DNA of 64,000 nt from Clostridiales bacterium (lineage in GTDB: Bacteria > Bacillota > Clostridia > Oscillospirales > UBA644), in NCBI GenBank assembly GCA_003343705.1, contig QAKR01000026.1:27598-91597 (forward strand). Direction: 5' to 3'. Positions within the stretch are counted from its first letter, which is position 1. Every line of letters starts with the position of its first letter. The notes beneath the pieces were generated by a model. That model did no database searches. It saw nothing but the letters and a program-made list of their open reading frames with translations, and was not told the DNA's origin. Made by a program: the position numbers and the translations under genes. Of this stretch, positions 21,674-30,616 are shown in pieces.

Positions 21674-22155
21674 GAATTGACAAGACAAACTATTATCTTG
21701 ACATCGCACAGACTGTTGCTGAACGCGGAACGTGTATACGCCGTAAATTTGGTGCAGTTATTGTAAAAAATGACACAATTGTAAGCACTGGTTATGCAGG
21801 TGCGCCTCGGGGACGCAAAAACTGTTGTGATTTAGGTAATTGCCTGCGTCAGAAGCTGGATGTCCCTGCCGGTGAACGGTATGAGCTTTGCCGATCGGTT
21901 CATGCGGAAGCAAATGCAATTATAGCTGCTTCTCGTGATGAAATGATAGGATCCACGCTGTATCTGTGTTGTATTGACAACGATGGAATAATTATTGGGG
22001 GAACAGATTGTTGCTCAATGTGCCGTAGACTTGTTATAAATGCAGGAATATCTCGTGTTATCGTGCGTGATACAAAAACAGAATTCCATACTATTGATGT
22101 TGAAAAAGATTGGGTCGAAAATGATGACTCACTTGAGGAAAAGAGAGGTTATTAA
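21670..22155 (+). CDS. Deoxycytidylate (dCMP) deaminase, ComEB family
   Basis: Zinc motifs VHAEANAI and CCSMCRRL (CxxC), 161 aa. ATGA overlap with the HD gene. Confidence 0.88.
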   Translation: MRIDKTNYYLDIAQTVAERGTCIRRKFGAVIVKNDTIVSTGYAGAPRGRKNCCDLGNCLRQKLDVPAGERYELCRSVHAEANAIIAASRDEMIGSTLYLCCIDNDGIIIGGTDCCSMCRRLVINAGISRVIVRDTKTEFHTIDVEKDWVENDDSLEEKRGY

Positions 22156-22158
22156 ATA

Positions 22159-23853
22159 ATGGTTAGAAACGAGTATCCCAGGCCTAGGCTTTGTCGTGAA
22201 AATAACTGGGAGTGTCTAAATGGCTCTTGGCAGTTTGAAATAGATGCGGATAATTCAAAGAAAGATGAAGAGCTCTTATCAAAGAAAACATATTCAAATG
22301 AAATAATCGTTCCGTTTGCACCGGAAAGCAAACTTTCCGGTATAGAAAATACAGACATGATGTTGTCTGTTTGGTATAAGCGCGAAATCAATATTAAAAA
22401 AGAATGCGGACGTATTCTTTTACATTTCGGCGCTGTAGATTACATAACACGTGTATGGGTAGATGATAAATTCGTAGGCGAACATGTAGGTGGTTGGACT
22501 CCGTTTTATTTTGATATTACTGATTTTGCAAAAGAAGGTAAAAATACCATTATTGTAAACGCATATGATAATTCAGCCGATACGCTACAGGCAACTGGGA
22601 AACAACAGCCTGAAGGTGAACCGGAAGGTTGCTGTTATACACGTACAACTGGAATATGGCAAACGGTATGGCTTGAATATGTCCCTGAATTCTATATTAA
22701 AAATGTTTTGGTTACACCTAATGTTGAGGACAAATCGGCTATTGTACGAGTTAACTTCAATGATTTTTGTAAAAACCGTGTAGTAACCTTTAAAGCTTCA
22801 ATAAAAGGTGAGGTTGTGGGAGAAAAGCAAATTGTTGCTAATTCCGATAGCGCCGTTTTAACGCTTCCTCTTTCCGTTCTTGAACTGTGGTGCCCTGAAT
22901 CTCCTACACTTTACGATTTAGAAGTAACTGTAGGCGATGATAATGTTATGACTTATTTCGGGATGAGAAAGATTTCTATAAACGGCAATAAAATAGAGCT
23001 TAACGGGAAAAGTATATTTATGCGCTTAGTTCTCGATCAGTCCTATTATCCTGACGGTATAATGACAGCTCCTACTGATGATGATATTAAAAACGATATA
23101 CTTCTTGCACAAGCTGTTGGATTTAACGGTTCCAGAATGCATATGAAGATTTTTGAGCCTCGTTATTCCTATTGGGCAGATAAATTAGGCTATCTCATCT
23201 GGAGTGAATATCCCAACTGGGGTCTTGACGAAACTAATCCTGCTGCGGCATTATCAATGCTTCCTGAATGGCTTTGTGCAATTGAACGTGATTTCAACAG
23301 CCCGGCACTTATTGGTTGGTGCCCACTTAACGAAACAGGACCGAAAAGAAATAAACAATTTTTTGAGCTCATATACAATGCAACAAAAGCTTTAGACCCA
23401 ACTCGCCCGGTTATTGATTCCAGCGGATACTTCCACGCTGTCACTGATATTTTTGATATTCATCTTTATGAGAATAATGTACAGGCGTTTTATAACTTTT
23501 TAAAGCCTCTTCTTGTTGGTGAAATGCCGTTTATTAACGACAGAGGCTCGTCTGATGCTTTACAGTATGATTTTAAACAACCGTTTTTTGTTTCGGAATT
23601 CGGAGGTATTTCATACGGAATTAAAGATGGCTGGGGTTACAGTACTGTTGAAAATACAGAAGCATTTTATGAAAATTATAAAGGATTGATTGATGTATTA
23701 CTTGACAATCCTTATATATGCGGTTTTTGCTATACTCAGATAACAGACATAATGCAAGAACAAAACGGAATATATTATTATGACCGTTCACCTAAATTTG
23801 ACGCAAAAAGACTTTACGAAATAAATACACGTAAGGCAGAAATAGAAAAATAA
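22159..23853 (+). CDS. Glycoside hydrolase family 2-like enzyme (beta-galactosidase/glucuronidase/mannosidase type)
   Basis: Sugar-binding N-domain pattern (WYKREI, GAVDY..VWVDD..VGEH.GG..PF.FDIT). TIM barrel with NGSRMHMK, acid/base PLNETG and nucleophile VSEFGG. No signal peptide. Confidence 0.8.
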   Translation: MVRNEYPRPRLCRENNWECLNGSWQFEIDADNSKKDEELLSKKTYSNEIIVPFAPESKLSGIENTDMMLSVWYKREINIKKECGRILLHFGAVDYITRVWVDDKFVGEHVGGWTPFYFDITDFAKEGKNTIIVNAYDNSADTLQATGKQQPEGEPEGCCYTRTTGIWQTVWLEYVPEFYIKNVLVTPNVEDKSAIVRVNFNDFCKNRVVTFKASIKGEVVGEKQIVANSDSAVLTLPLSVLELWCPESPTLYDLEVTVGDDNVMTYFGMRKISINGNKIELNGKSIFMRLVLDQSYYPDGIMTAPTDDDIKNDILLAQAVGFNGSRMHMKIFEPRYSYWADKLGYLIWSEYPNWGLDETNPAAALSMLPEWLCAIERDFNSPALIGWCPLNETGPKRNKQFFELIYNATKALDPTRPVIDSSGYFHAVTDIFDIHLYENNVQAFYNFLKPLLVGEMPFINDRGSSDALQYDFKQPFFVSEFGGISYGIKDGWGYSTVENTEAFYENYKGLIDVLLDNPYICGFCYTQITDIMQEQNGIYYYDRSPKFDAKRLYEINTRKAEIEK

Positions 23854-24006
23854 AAATAATTCTTTTAGGGTATTGACACAATATTTATACCTTGTATGTA
23901 TTACAATGAAAATTTTTATAATATAAAATTTTAGCAAAATTATAAAAATATGCCTGTTTATTAATAAAAGTTTGTACATGATTTTTGTTTAAAACAAGGG
24001 TGTTAT

Positions 24007-24047
24007 TGTTGAAAACTCAGTTGAAATCGTTGAAAACTCCTTGAAAA
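24007..24047 (+). repeat. Four phased direct GTTGAAA-type units
   Basis: TGTTGAAAAC (24007), AGTTGAAATC (24019), CGTTGAAAAC (24028), CCTTGAAAAT (24039), with spacings of 12, 9 and 11 bp. The first unit is part of a 15-nt identity with 5793-5807. Confidence 0.6.
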
Positions 24048-24161
24048 TGAGGGTTTTTGGAATACTTTTGTAAAAAATACTTATTGTAGAACAAAAAAAT
24101 GTGTTAAAAACACAAGATATAGGTCAATTAGTAATTTATCCAAAGAAAGAGGCGAAAATTT

Positions 24162-25619
24162 GTGAAAATTGAACGCATAAAGGTTATTTTGGAAGAGTCC
24201 GGTCTTTTAGTCTCTTTCCCTGATGAGTTTTTGTCGGAAATTAAAAATATTTCATGTAATTCAAAAAAATGCGGTGAAAACACCTTGTTTTTTGTCAAAG
24301 GGGTAAACTTTAAAAAAGAGTATTTGGATGAAGCAATTAAAAACGGTGCTGTTGTGTATGTGGGTGAAAATGACCTTGGTGCGGATATCCCTTTTATTAA
24401 GGTTTCTTCAGTGCGCCCGGCAATGCCGATAGTTGCGAGAGAGTTTTACAGTTTTCCTTATTTAAAATATAAGCTTGCCGGAATAACCGGGACAAAAGGT
24501 AAAACAACTGTAACCTATATGCTTAAAAATATATTTGATGAATATTTTAATAAAGACAGGGTTGCAATAATTTCAACAAATGAAGCTATATGCGGTGAAA
24601 ATAAATACCAAAAAAGCGGGACTACTCCGGAAGCTTTGGAGCTTTACTCCATTTTAAATGAATTTGCTAAGCGGGATGCAGAAGCAGCTTGTATGGAAGT
24701 TTCATCACAAGGGCTTTGGTATAATCGTACTGACGGTATTGATTTTTTTGTAGGTGCTTTTCTTAATCTTGCACCGGATCATATAAGTCCGACAGAACAT
24801 AAAAGCTTTGATGAGTATAAAGAAGCCAAAAAACGCCTTCTTCAACAAAGTCGGTATGGAGTTGTAAACATTGATGACAAATATGCGGATGAAGTCATGT
24901 CAGCTGCAACGTGCGAAAAGATTTATACTATTTCGGCAGAGAAAAACGCGGACTTTCAAGCTAAAGATATTATTTTGACTAAAAGCGGCGTTAGTTTTCG
25001 TGTTGTAGGCAAGTATATAAATAATGAAATATTTGAGATACGTATTCCGGGAAGTTTTAACGTAAACAATGCGCTTGTGGCAATGGCATGTGCGTATGTT
25101 TGCGGATGCGATATTCAAAGCATCAAGACAGGATTGTTGAAAACCGAGATTGACGGACGTATGGATGTTTATGAGAAAAACGGAATAACGGTTGTTGTTG
25201 ATTATGCTCACAACGGGCTTAGTATAGAAGCTGTTTTGGAATATTTGAAAAAGTTTTATCCTAACTCAAAAATAACATGTCTTTTCGGTTGTCCCGGTAA
25301 TAAAGCGTATGATCGCCGAACAGAGATTCCTCAGAGTATAGCAAAGTATGCAGATTTTGCTGTGATAACTTCAGATGACCCCGAGGATGAAGAGCCTGGA
25401 GCAATAATGAATGAGGTTGAAGTCGAATTAAAGAAAACAAAAATTCCATATGTTAAAATTGAAGATCGTGCACAAGCCGTTAAGTTTACCCTTACAAACG
25501 CAAATAAGGGGGATGTGGTTTTACTTGCCGGAAAAGGACATGAAACAACGCAGAAGGTTCATGGCAAGCTTATTTATTATAAGGGCGATCTTCCATATGC
25601 AAAAGAAATTTTAGGTTAA
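24162..25619 (+). CDS. murE: UDP-N-acetylmuramoyl-L-alanyl-D-glutamate--diamino-acid ligase (MurE)
   Basis: GTG start. ITGTKGKTTV P-loop, Mur ligase middle and C domains, 485 aa. Confidence 0.93.
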   Translation: MKIERIKVILEESGLLVSFPDEFLSEIKNISCNSKKCGENTLFFVKGVNFKKEYLDEAIKNGAVVYVGENDLGADIPFIKVSSVRPAMPIVAREFYSFPYLKYKLAGITGTKGKTTVTYMLKNIFDEYFNKDRVAIISTNEAICGENKYQKSGTTPEALELYSILNEFAKRDAEAACMEVSSQGLWYNRTDGIDFFVGAFLNLAPDHISPTEHKSFDEYKEAKKRLLQQSRYGVVNIDDKYADEVMSAATCEKIYTISAEKNADFQAKDIILTKSGVSFRVVGKYINNEIFEIRIPGSFNVNNALVAMACAYVCGCDIQSIKTGLLKTEIDGRMDVYEKNGITVVVDYAHNGLSIEAVLEYLKKFYPNSKITCLFGCPGNKAYDRRTEIPQSIAKYADFAVITSDDPEDEEPGAIMNEVEVELKKTKIPYVKIEDRAQAVKFTLTNANKGDVVLLAGKGHETTQKVHGKLIYYKGDLPYAKEILG

Positions 25620-25681
25620 TTTAATTAAAAGCAATTATGAAAGGGTTGCGGATATATAGTTAAGTCTTTTTTAATAAGATA

Positions 25682-26920
25682 TTGTTCCGCATGGTAAAAA
25701 AGTTGAAATATTTAGTTTTATTAATTGATGGTGCTGCAGACGAGCCTTGTGTAGAACTCGGAGGCAAAACGCCTATAGAGGCAGCTAAAAAACCTACAAT
25801 AGATATGTTGGCAAAGAACGGAATAATTGGTATGGTTCGAGTTACTCCCGAAGGTTGTAAAGGCGGCAGTGATGTTGGTAACCTTACAGTTATGGGATAT
25901 GACCCGAGAAAATATCTTACCGGTCGAGCTCCCCTTGAAGCGGCTTCAATGGGTATAAAAATGGAAAGCACAGATTTGGCTTTGCGTGCAAATCTTGTTA
26001 CGGTTTCGGACGAGCCTGAATATGAAGATAAAACAATGGTCGATTATAGTGCCGGAGAAATATCAACAGAAGAAGCATCTGTACTTATAAATGCAGTAAA
26101 TGATGCATTTAAAAGCGACTTTTGCGAATTTTACCCGGGAATAAGTTATCGTCATTGTCTGGTTTTACATAACGCAAAAGAAGACATGTCGTTTACTCCT
26201 CCTCATATGTTTACGGGAAAACCTGTTAAAGGCAAGCTCCCTGAAGGCGATTACTCTGACGTGTTGCTTGATATGATGAAAAAAAGTTATAATATACTAT
26301 CTGCTCACCCAATAAATATAAAACGTATTGCAGAAGGTAAAAATCCTGCAAATTCTATATGGTTATGGGGACAAGGCAGGCCTATGAGCTTACCTTTGTT
26401 CAAAGAAAAGCATGGAATATCCGGTGCAGCTGTTACAGCAGTCGACTTGATTAAAGGTATTGCAAAAAGCGCAGAAATGGCTGTTTATGAAGTAGAAGGT
26501 GCCACCGGAAATTTGCATACCAACTTTAAAGGTAAATCAGAAGCAGCAAGAACAGCTTTTGCTGACGGAATAGATTTAGTTTATTTACATCTCGAAGCTC
26601 CGGATGAGTGCGGACACCAGGGTGATGTTGAGGGGAAAGTAAAGTCCCTTGAAATTATTGACGAGGTTGTTTTAAAGCCTATAGTTAAAGATCTTGAAAA
26701 AAGTGGAGAGCCTTTTGCTGTCTTGATAACCCCTGATCACCCCACGCCGCTATCAACCAGAGGTCATTCATCAGCCGATGTACCGTTTGCCCTTTATTAT
26801 AGTGATGAAAAAACGTTAAATGGTATTTCATACTGTGAAAAAAGTGCTGAAAAAAGCGGTGTTTATATTGAGAATGGATATGATTTAATAGATAAGATGA
26901 TAAGCCGTACAATAAGATAA
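25682..26920 (+). CDS. apgM: Cofactor-independent phosphoglycerate mutase, archaeal-type (ApgM family metalloenzyme)
   Basis: LIDGAADEP...GKTPIEAAKKPTIDMLA...GSDVGNLTVMGYDP pattern and C-terminal PDHPTP. The start could be the ATG at 25691 (MVKKLKYL). Confidence 0.85.
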   Translation: MFRMVKKLKYLVLLIDGAADEPCVELGGKTPIEAAKKPTIDMLAKNGIIGMVRVTPEGCKGGSDVGNLTVMGYDPRKYLTGRAPLEAASMGIKMESTDLALRANLVTVSDEPEYEDKTMVDYSAGEISTEEASVLINAVNDAFKSDFCEFYPGISYRHCLVLHNAKEDMSFTPPHMFTGKPVKGKLPEGDYSDVLLDMMKKSYNILSAHPINIKRIAEGKNPANSIWLWGQGRPMSLPLFKEKHGISGAAVTAVDLIKGIAKSAEMAVYEVEGATGNLHTNFKGKSEAARTAFADGIDLVYLHLEAPDECGHQGDVEGKVKSLEIIDEVVLKPIVKDLEKSGEPFAVLITPDHPTPLSTRGHSSADVPFALYYSDEKTLNGISYCEKSAEKSGVYIENGYDLIDKMISRTIR

Positions 26921-26958
26921 TTGTTTGGTTGCTATATTTAAAAAATTATATAAAAAAT

Positions 26959-26986
26959 AAATGTTGGGGAAAAAACCCCAACATTT
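26959..26986. terminator. Bidirectional terminator hairpin between convergent apgM and AraC-family gene
   Basis: AAATGTTGGGG-AAAAAA-CCCCAACATTT, a perfect 11-bp stem flanked by A/T runs. Confidence 0.75.
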
Positions 26987-27059
26987 ATTATATAACCAAA
27001 TTAATATTAATACTGTTTTCCATTCTTATGTTTCGTTATAAAATAATTATAAATTGAGT

Positions 27060-27944
27060 TTATAACGGCTGACGCCATTCACTTGGTTTTTTGCCTGTTG
27101 TTTGTCTAAAAGCTTTATAAAATCCTGTATGAGTTGAATAACCTACTAAATAAGCGATTTCTTCTATTGTCAAGTTTTTATTTTTCAAAAGCTGTTTCGC
27201 TTCTTCTATTCGCATATTTGTTATACGCTGGTAAAAAGTTTGACCATAGGTTTTTTTTATTATACGCCCAAGCTGTTTTGTGCTTAAAAACATAACCTGA
27301 GACATTTGTTCCAGTGTTATATTTTCACGAAAGTGTTCACGCATATATGCATCAATTATAAACGGACGCATATTTGTGTTTTTATATTTAATCATTGTTT
27401 CAGGGGAAAGTTCCTTATCCACCGGATGAGTATTGGAAATAAACGACAGTGAATCATAAAGATTGAAAATAAGATGGGAAAAACATACCTTTATACGAAA
27501 CAGAACAGCAAGGTTTTTTTCTTTAAACGTTCTTCTTATTTCTTGAGTTATACTGGTCAGTTCTGATTGGTTTTTTAACTGTAAACAATAGAGGCTTTTA
27601 AAGAATTCTGAAAAGGGTGTATACACATCTTCGTTTGGTTCTTTCTGATTTTTATTAAAAGTGAAAATTACAGAAAAACATTCAGCATCATTTTCCGGTG
27701 CATACCTATGTTCTGTTTCCGGCGGTAAAATTAAAGCATCTTTTGGCGCAAGGTTATAAACCTTGTCATGTGTCTGGACAAAAACTTGTTTACCGTCTGC
27801 AACATATAAAGTAAAATATGAATGTTTATGAAAAGATGATATTTCGTTTACAACATTATTTTTATCCATTCCATGTAAAATAAATGTTATGCGGATATTT
27901 TCAATGTCTATATCAAATTGGGAAAAAGTTTCTTCATTATTCAT
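27060..27944 (-). CDS. AraC family transcriptional regulator (cupin sensor + HTH)
   Basis: C-terminal double HTH (EIAYLVGYSTHTGFYKAFRQTTGKKPSEWR), 294 aa. Confidence 0.85.
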   Translation of the reverse strand: MNNEETFSQFDIDIENIRITFILHGMDKNNVVNEISSFHKHSYFTLYVADGKQVFVQTHDKVYNLAPKDALILPPETEHRYAPENDAECFSVIFTFNKNQKEPNEDVYTPFSEFFKSLYCLQLKNQSELTSITQEIRRTFKEKNLAVLFRIKVCFSHLIFNLYDSLSFISNTHPVDKELSPETMIKYKNTNMRPFIIDAYMREHFRENITLEQMSQVMFLSTKQLGRIIKKTYGQTFYQRITNMRIEEAKQLLKNKNLTIEEIAYLVGYSTHTGFYKAFRQTTGKKPSEWRQPL

Positions 27945-27959
27945 TTTTATTGTCCTGTT

Positions 27960-28979
27960 TTATATTAAGGTTTGTGAAGGTAGCGCAATTCCCAGATGCT
28001 TATAAGCCGCAGATGTTGCGCAACGGCCGCGAGGAGTGCGATTAATAAACCCTATTTGCATAAGATAAGGCTCGTATACATCCTCTATTGTTATAGCTTC
28101 TTCACCTATCATTGCAGCTAACGTTTCAAGCCCTACCGGCCCACCGTTGAAAGATCTGATCATAGCTTCAAGCATATGTCTGTCCACACTATCAAGCCCC
28201 AGTTCATCAACTTCTAATTTTTCAAGAGCCATAGAAGCTGTTTTTTTATCAATTTTCCCGTTACAAAGAACCTGTGCAAAATCACGCACACGACGCAAAA
28301 GGCGGTTTGCTACACGGGGTGTTCCTCGTGAGCGAGAGGCAATTTCTCCAGCCCCGTCTTCTGTAATTTTTATGTTTAAAATTCCTGCCGATCGCATTAC
28401 TATCTTAGAAAGTTCTTTATCTGAGTACATCTCAAGTCTGAAAAGCACCCCAAAGCGGTCACGAAACGGAGAAGCAAGCTGTCCTGAACGGGTTGTTGCC
28501 CCGATAAGCGTAAAATGCGGTAAGTTAAACCTAATCGACCGTGCAGAAGGCCCTTTACCAAGAATTATATCAAATTCGTAGTCTTCCATTGCCGGGTAAA
28601 GAATTTCCGAAACAGTTCTTGAAAGCCGGTGAATTTCATCAATAAAAAGAATATCACCTTTTTGTAAATTTGTAAGTAAAGCTACAACATCCCCGGATTT
28701 TTCAAGTGCAGGGCCTGAAGTTACACGGATTGAAACTCCCATCTCCGCTGCAATTATATAAGCAAGTGTTGTTTTACCAAGCCCGGGAGGGCCATAAAGC
28801 AACACATGGTCAAGAGCTTCTTCGCGTTCTTTTGCTGCGCGCATATATATATCAAGATTTTCTTTAACTTTTTCCTGGCCAACATATTCTTCAAGTTTAT
28901 GCGGGCGCAACGAAGCTTCTGTTTCGTCTTCTGTTTTCATAGCCCTTGCAGACAAAAGTCTTTCGTCAAATTCTTCCAT
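27960..28979 (-). CDS. ruvB: Holliday junction branch migration ATPase RuvB
   Basis: [14 protein letters not shown] Walker A, FIDEIHRL Walker B, 339 aa. Confidence 0.96.
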   Translation of the reverse strand: MEEFDERLLSARAMKTEDETEASLRPHKLEEYVGQEKVKENLDIYMRAAKEREEALDHVLLYGPPGLGKTTLAYIIAAEMGVSIRVTSGPALEKSGDVVALLTNLQKGDILFIDEIHRLSRTVSEILYPAMEDYEFDIILGKGPSARSIRFNLPHFTLIGATTRSGQLASPFRDRFGVLFRLEMYSDKELSKIVMRSAGILNIKITEDGAGEIASRSRGTPRVANRLLRRVRDFAQVLCNGKIDKKTASMALEKLEVDELGLDSVDRHMLEAMIRSFNGGPVGLETLAAMIGEEAITIEDVYEPYLMQIGFINRTPRGRCATSAAYKHLGIALPSQTLI

Positions 28980-28991
28980 GACGATGCCCCC

Positions 28992-29573
28992 TTATACTTT
29001 AGAAATGAATTTCAGTGCTTGTTTTACAATGTCTTGCGAATTATCGGCAGAACATTGGCAAACAGCTTTTTTTGCTGCTTGACGTTGATATCCCAGTTGA
29101 ACAAGAATTTCGACGGCATCAATTGCTGCAGAACTTTCAGCCACAGCGCATGAATCTGCATCCGGTTGAAATCCGAGTTTTTGAATTGTCTTTTTTAAAT
29201 CCAAACATATTCTTTCAGATTTTGCACCAACACCTGAAACTCGTTTGAAGGTTAAAAAGTCACCTAATAAAATGGCAGAAGATATTTCGTTTACCGTAAG
29301 CTCTGATAATATTGCAAGTGCAAGTTTGGGGCCTACTCCATTTACCGATGTGAGCATTAAAAACATATCGCGCTCGGCTGTATCGGAAAAACCGTAAAGA
29401 TCGAGCGCGTCTTCTTTAACATTCAGATATGTGTATATCTTAACTTCTTCAAGCATGTATATTTTATTATATGTCATTTGTGAAACAGCACATTTATAGC
29501 CAACTCCTCCGCAATCTATAACTGCAAGGTTTTTATCGGCATGTGCAAGTTTTCCGTGTAAATACTCGTACAT
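28992..29573 (-). CDS. ruvA: Holliday junction DNA helicase subunit RuvA
   Basis: The family-typical N-terminus MYEYLHGKL begins at Met32 of the track ORF, with AGAGGA upstream. Starting there removes the overlap with ruvC. Confidence 0.9.
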   Translation of the reverse strand: MYEYLHGKLAHADKNLAVIDCGGVGYKCAVSQMTYNKIYMLEEVKIYTYLNVKEDALDLYGFSDTAERDMFLMLTSVNGVGPKLALAILSELTVNEISSAILLGDFLTFKRVSGVGAKSERICLDLKKTIQKLGFQPDADSCAVAESSAAIDAVEILVQLGYQRQAAKKAVCQCSADNSQDIVKQALKFISKV

Positions 29574-29607
29574 AAAAATAATCCTCTTTAATAAAATTGT
29601 TATAGTT

Positions 29608-30081
29608 TTAAAAACGCATAGAATGAGCATGGCAAATCGCAACAGCCAGAGCATCTGCAGCATCATCTGGACGTGGAATTTTTTCTAAATTTAAAAGCAT
29701 TTTTACCATTGCCATAACTTGTTGTTTTTCAGCTCTGCCATACCCTACAACTGCTTGCTTTACTTGTAAAGGTGTGTACTCATAACATTTTAGCCCCTTT
29801 TTAGCAGCTGCAAGAAGTAAAACCCCTCGACCGTGGGCAACCTGAATTCCGGTTTTTATATTTGTATTAAAAAACAGTTCCTCGAACGCAATAGTTTCTG
29901 GTTTATAAAACTCAATTACTTGTGTAAGCTCGTCGTAGAGCTGTAAGAGACGCTCTTCAAAAGGCGTTTTAGCAAGTGTTTGAATTGCCCCATAGTCGGA
30001 GCTTAAAAATTTATTTCCACAGTAATCAACTATTCCGTATCCAACGGTTGCAAACCCTGGGTCTATTCCTAAAATTCTCAT
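29608..30081 (-). CDS. ruvC: Crossover junction endodeoxyribonuclease RuvC
   Basis: [10 protein letters not shown]-terminus, 157 aa, upstream of ruvA-ruvB. Confidence 0.93.
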   Translation of the reverse strand: MRILGIDPGFATVGYGIVDYCGNKFLSSDYGAIQTLAKTPFEERLLQLYDELTQVIEFYKPETIAFEELFFNTNIKTGIQVAHGRGVLLLAAAKKGLKCYEYTPLQVKQAVVGYGRAEKQQVMAMVKMLLNLEKIPRPDDAADALAVAICHAHSMRF

Positions 30082-30116
30082 ATGGACATACTATGTAGAA
30101 TAAGAAACCAAGTTTC

Positions 30117-30569
30117 CTATTTTACCTCTCTTTGTATTCTTCTGTCGCTGTCACGTTTTGCAATACTGTCACGTTTATCGTAAAGTTTTTTACCTTTACA
30201 AACACCAATTTCCATTTTTACAAGGGAGTTTTTAAGATATATAGAAAGAGGCACAATTGTATAACCGTCTCGCATAATTGCAGACAGCAGTTTACGTATT
30301 TCTTTTTTATGCATTAAAAGACGTCTAGGTCTCAGCGGATCCCGATTAAAAATATTGCCCTTTTCGTATGGGCTTATATGCACGTTTTCAGCAAAAATCT
30401 CACCTTTTGTTATTTGACAATAACTATCTTTTAAGTTTATCTGCCCTAAACGAATACTTTTAACTTCCGTTCCGAAAAGTTCAACGCCGGCCTCATATTT
30501 TTCTTCAACAAAATAATCATGATATGCCGCCCTATTCTGTGCAATTTGTTTGTTCATGTTTATGAACAT
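30117..30569 (-). CDS. smpB: SsrA-binding protein SmpB
   Basis: AQNRAAYHDYF...GTEVKS pattern. The likely start is the Met at 30557. Confidence 0.93.
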   Translation of the reverse strand: MFINMNKQIAQNRAAYHDYFVEEKYEAGVELFGTEVKSIRLGQINLKDSYCQITKGEIFAENVHISPYEKGNIFNRDPLRPRRLLMHKKEIRKLLSAIMRDGYTIVPLSIYLKNSLVKMEIGVCKGKKLYDKRDSIAKRDSDRRIQREVK

Positions 30570-30616
30570 CCTTTCTCAAGAACATCCTCCGAAGAGAGTG
30601 TTCATGTCAAGCCAAA

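Noticed and set aside
23873-23908. TTGACA at 23873 as a promoter for a long murE leader or ncRNA
   Set aside because: No acceptable -10 lies at 16-19 nt (ATGTAT at 17 nt; TACAAT only at 23 nt). I saw no conserved structured RNA features in the very AT-rich downstream sequence.
24007-24047. Possible CRISPR or iteron-plasmid repeat
   Set aside because: The units are only 9-12 bp with no spacers, there are four copies, and no cas, rep or mobile genes are nearby. I kept it as a chromosomal protein-binding array candidate instead.
29574-29666. N-terminal 31-codon extension of ruvA overlapping ruvC
   Set aside because: The family-typical RuvA N-terminus (MYEYLHGKL) with a proper SD begins at 29573. 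The extension is hydrophobic junk and would overlap ruvC by 59 nt.
30082-30116. Looked for tmRNA (ssrA) next to smpB
   Set aside because: Only 35 nt separate smpB from ruvC and 47 nt separate it from rex. There is no room for an RNA of about 350 nt, so ssrA must be elsewhere.
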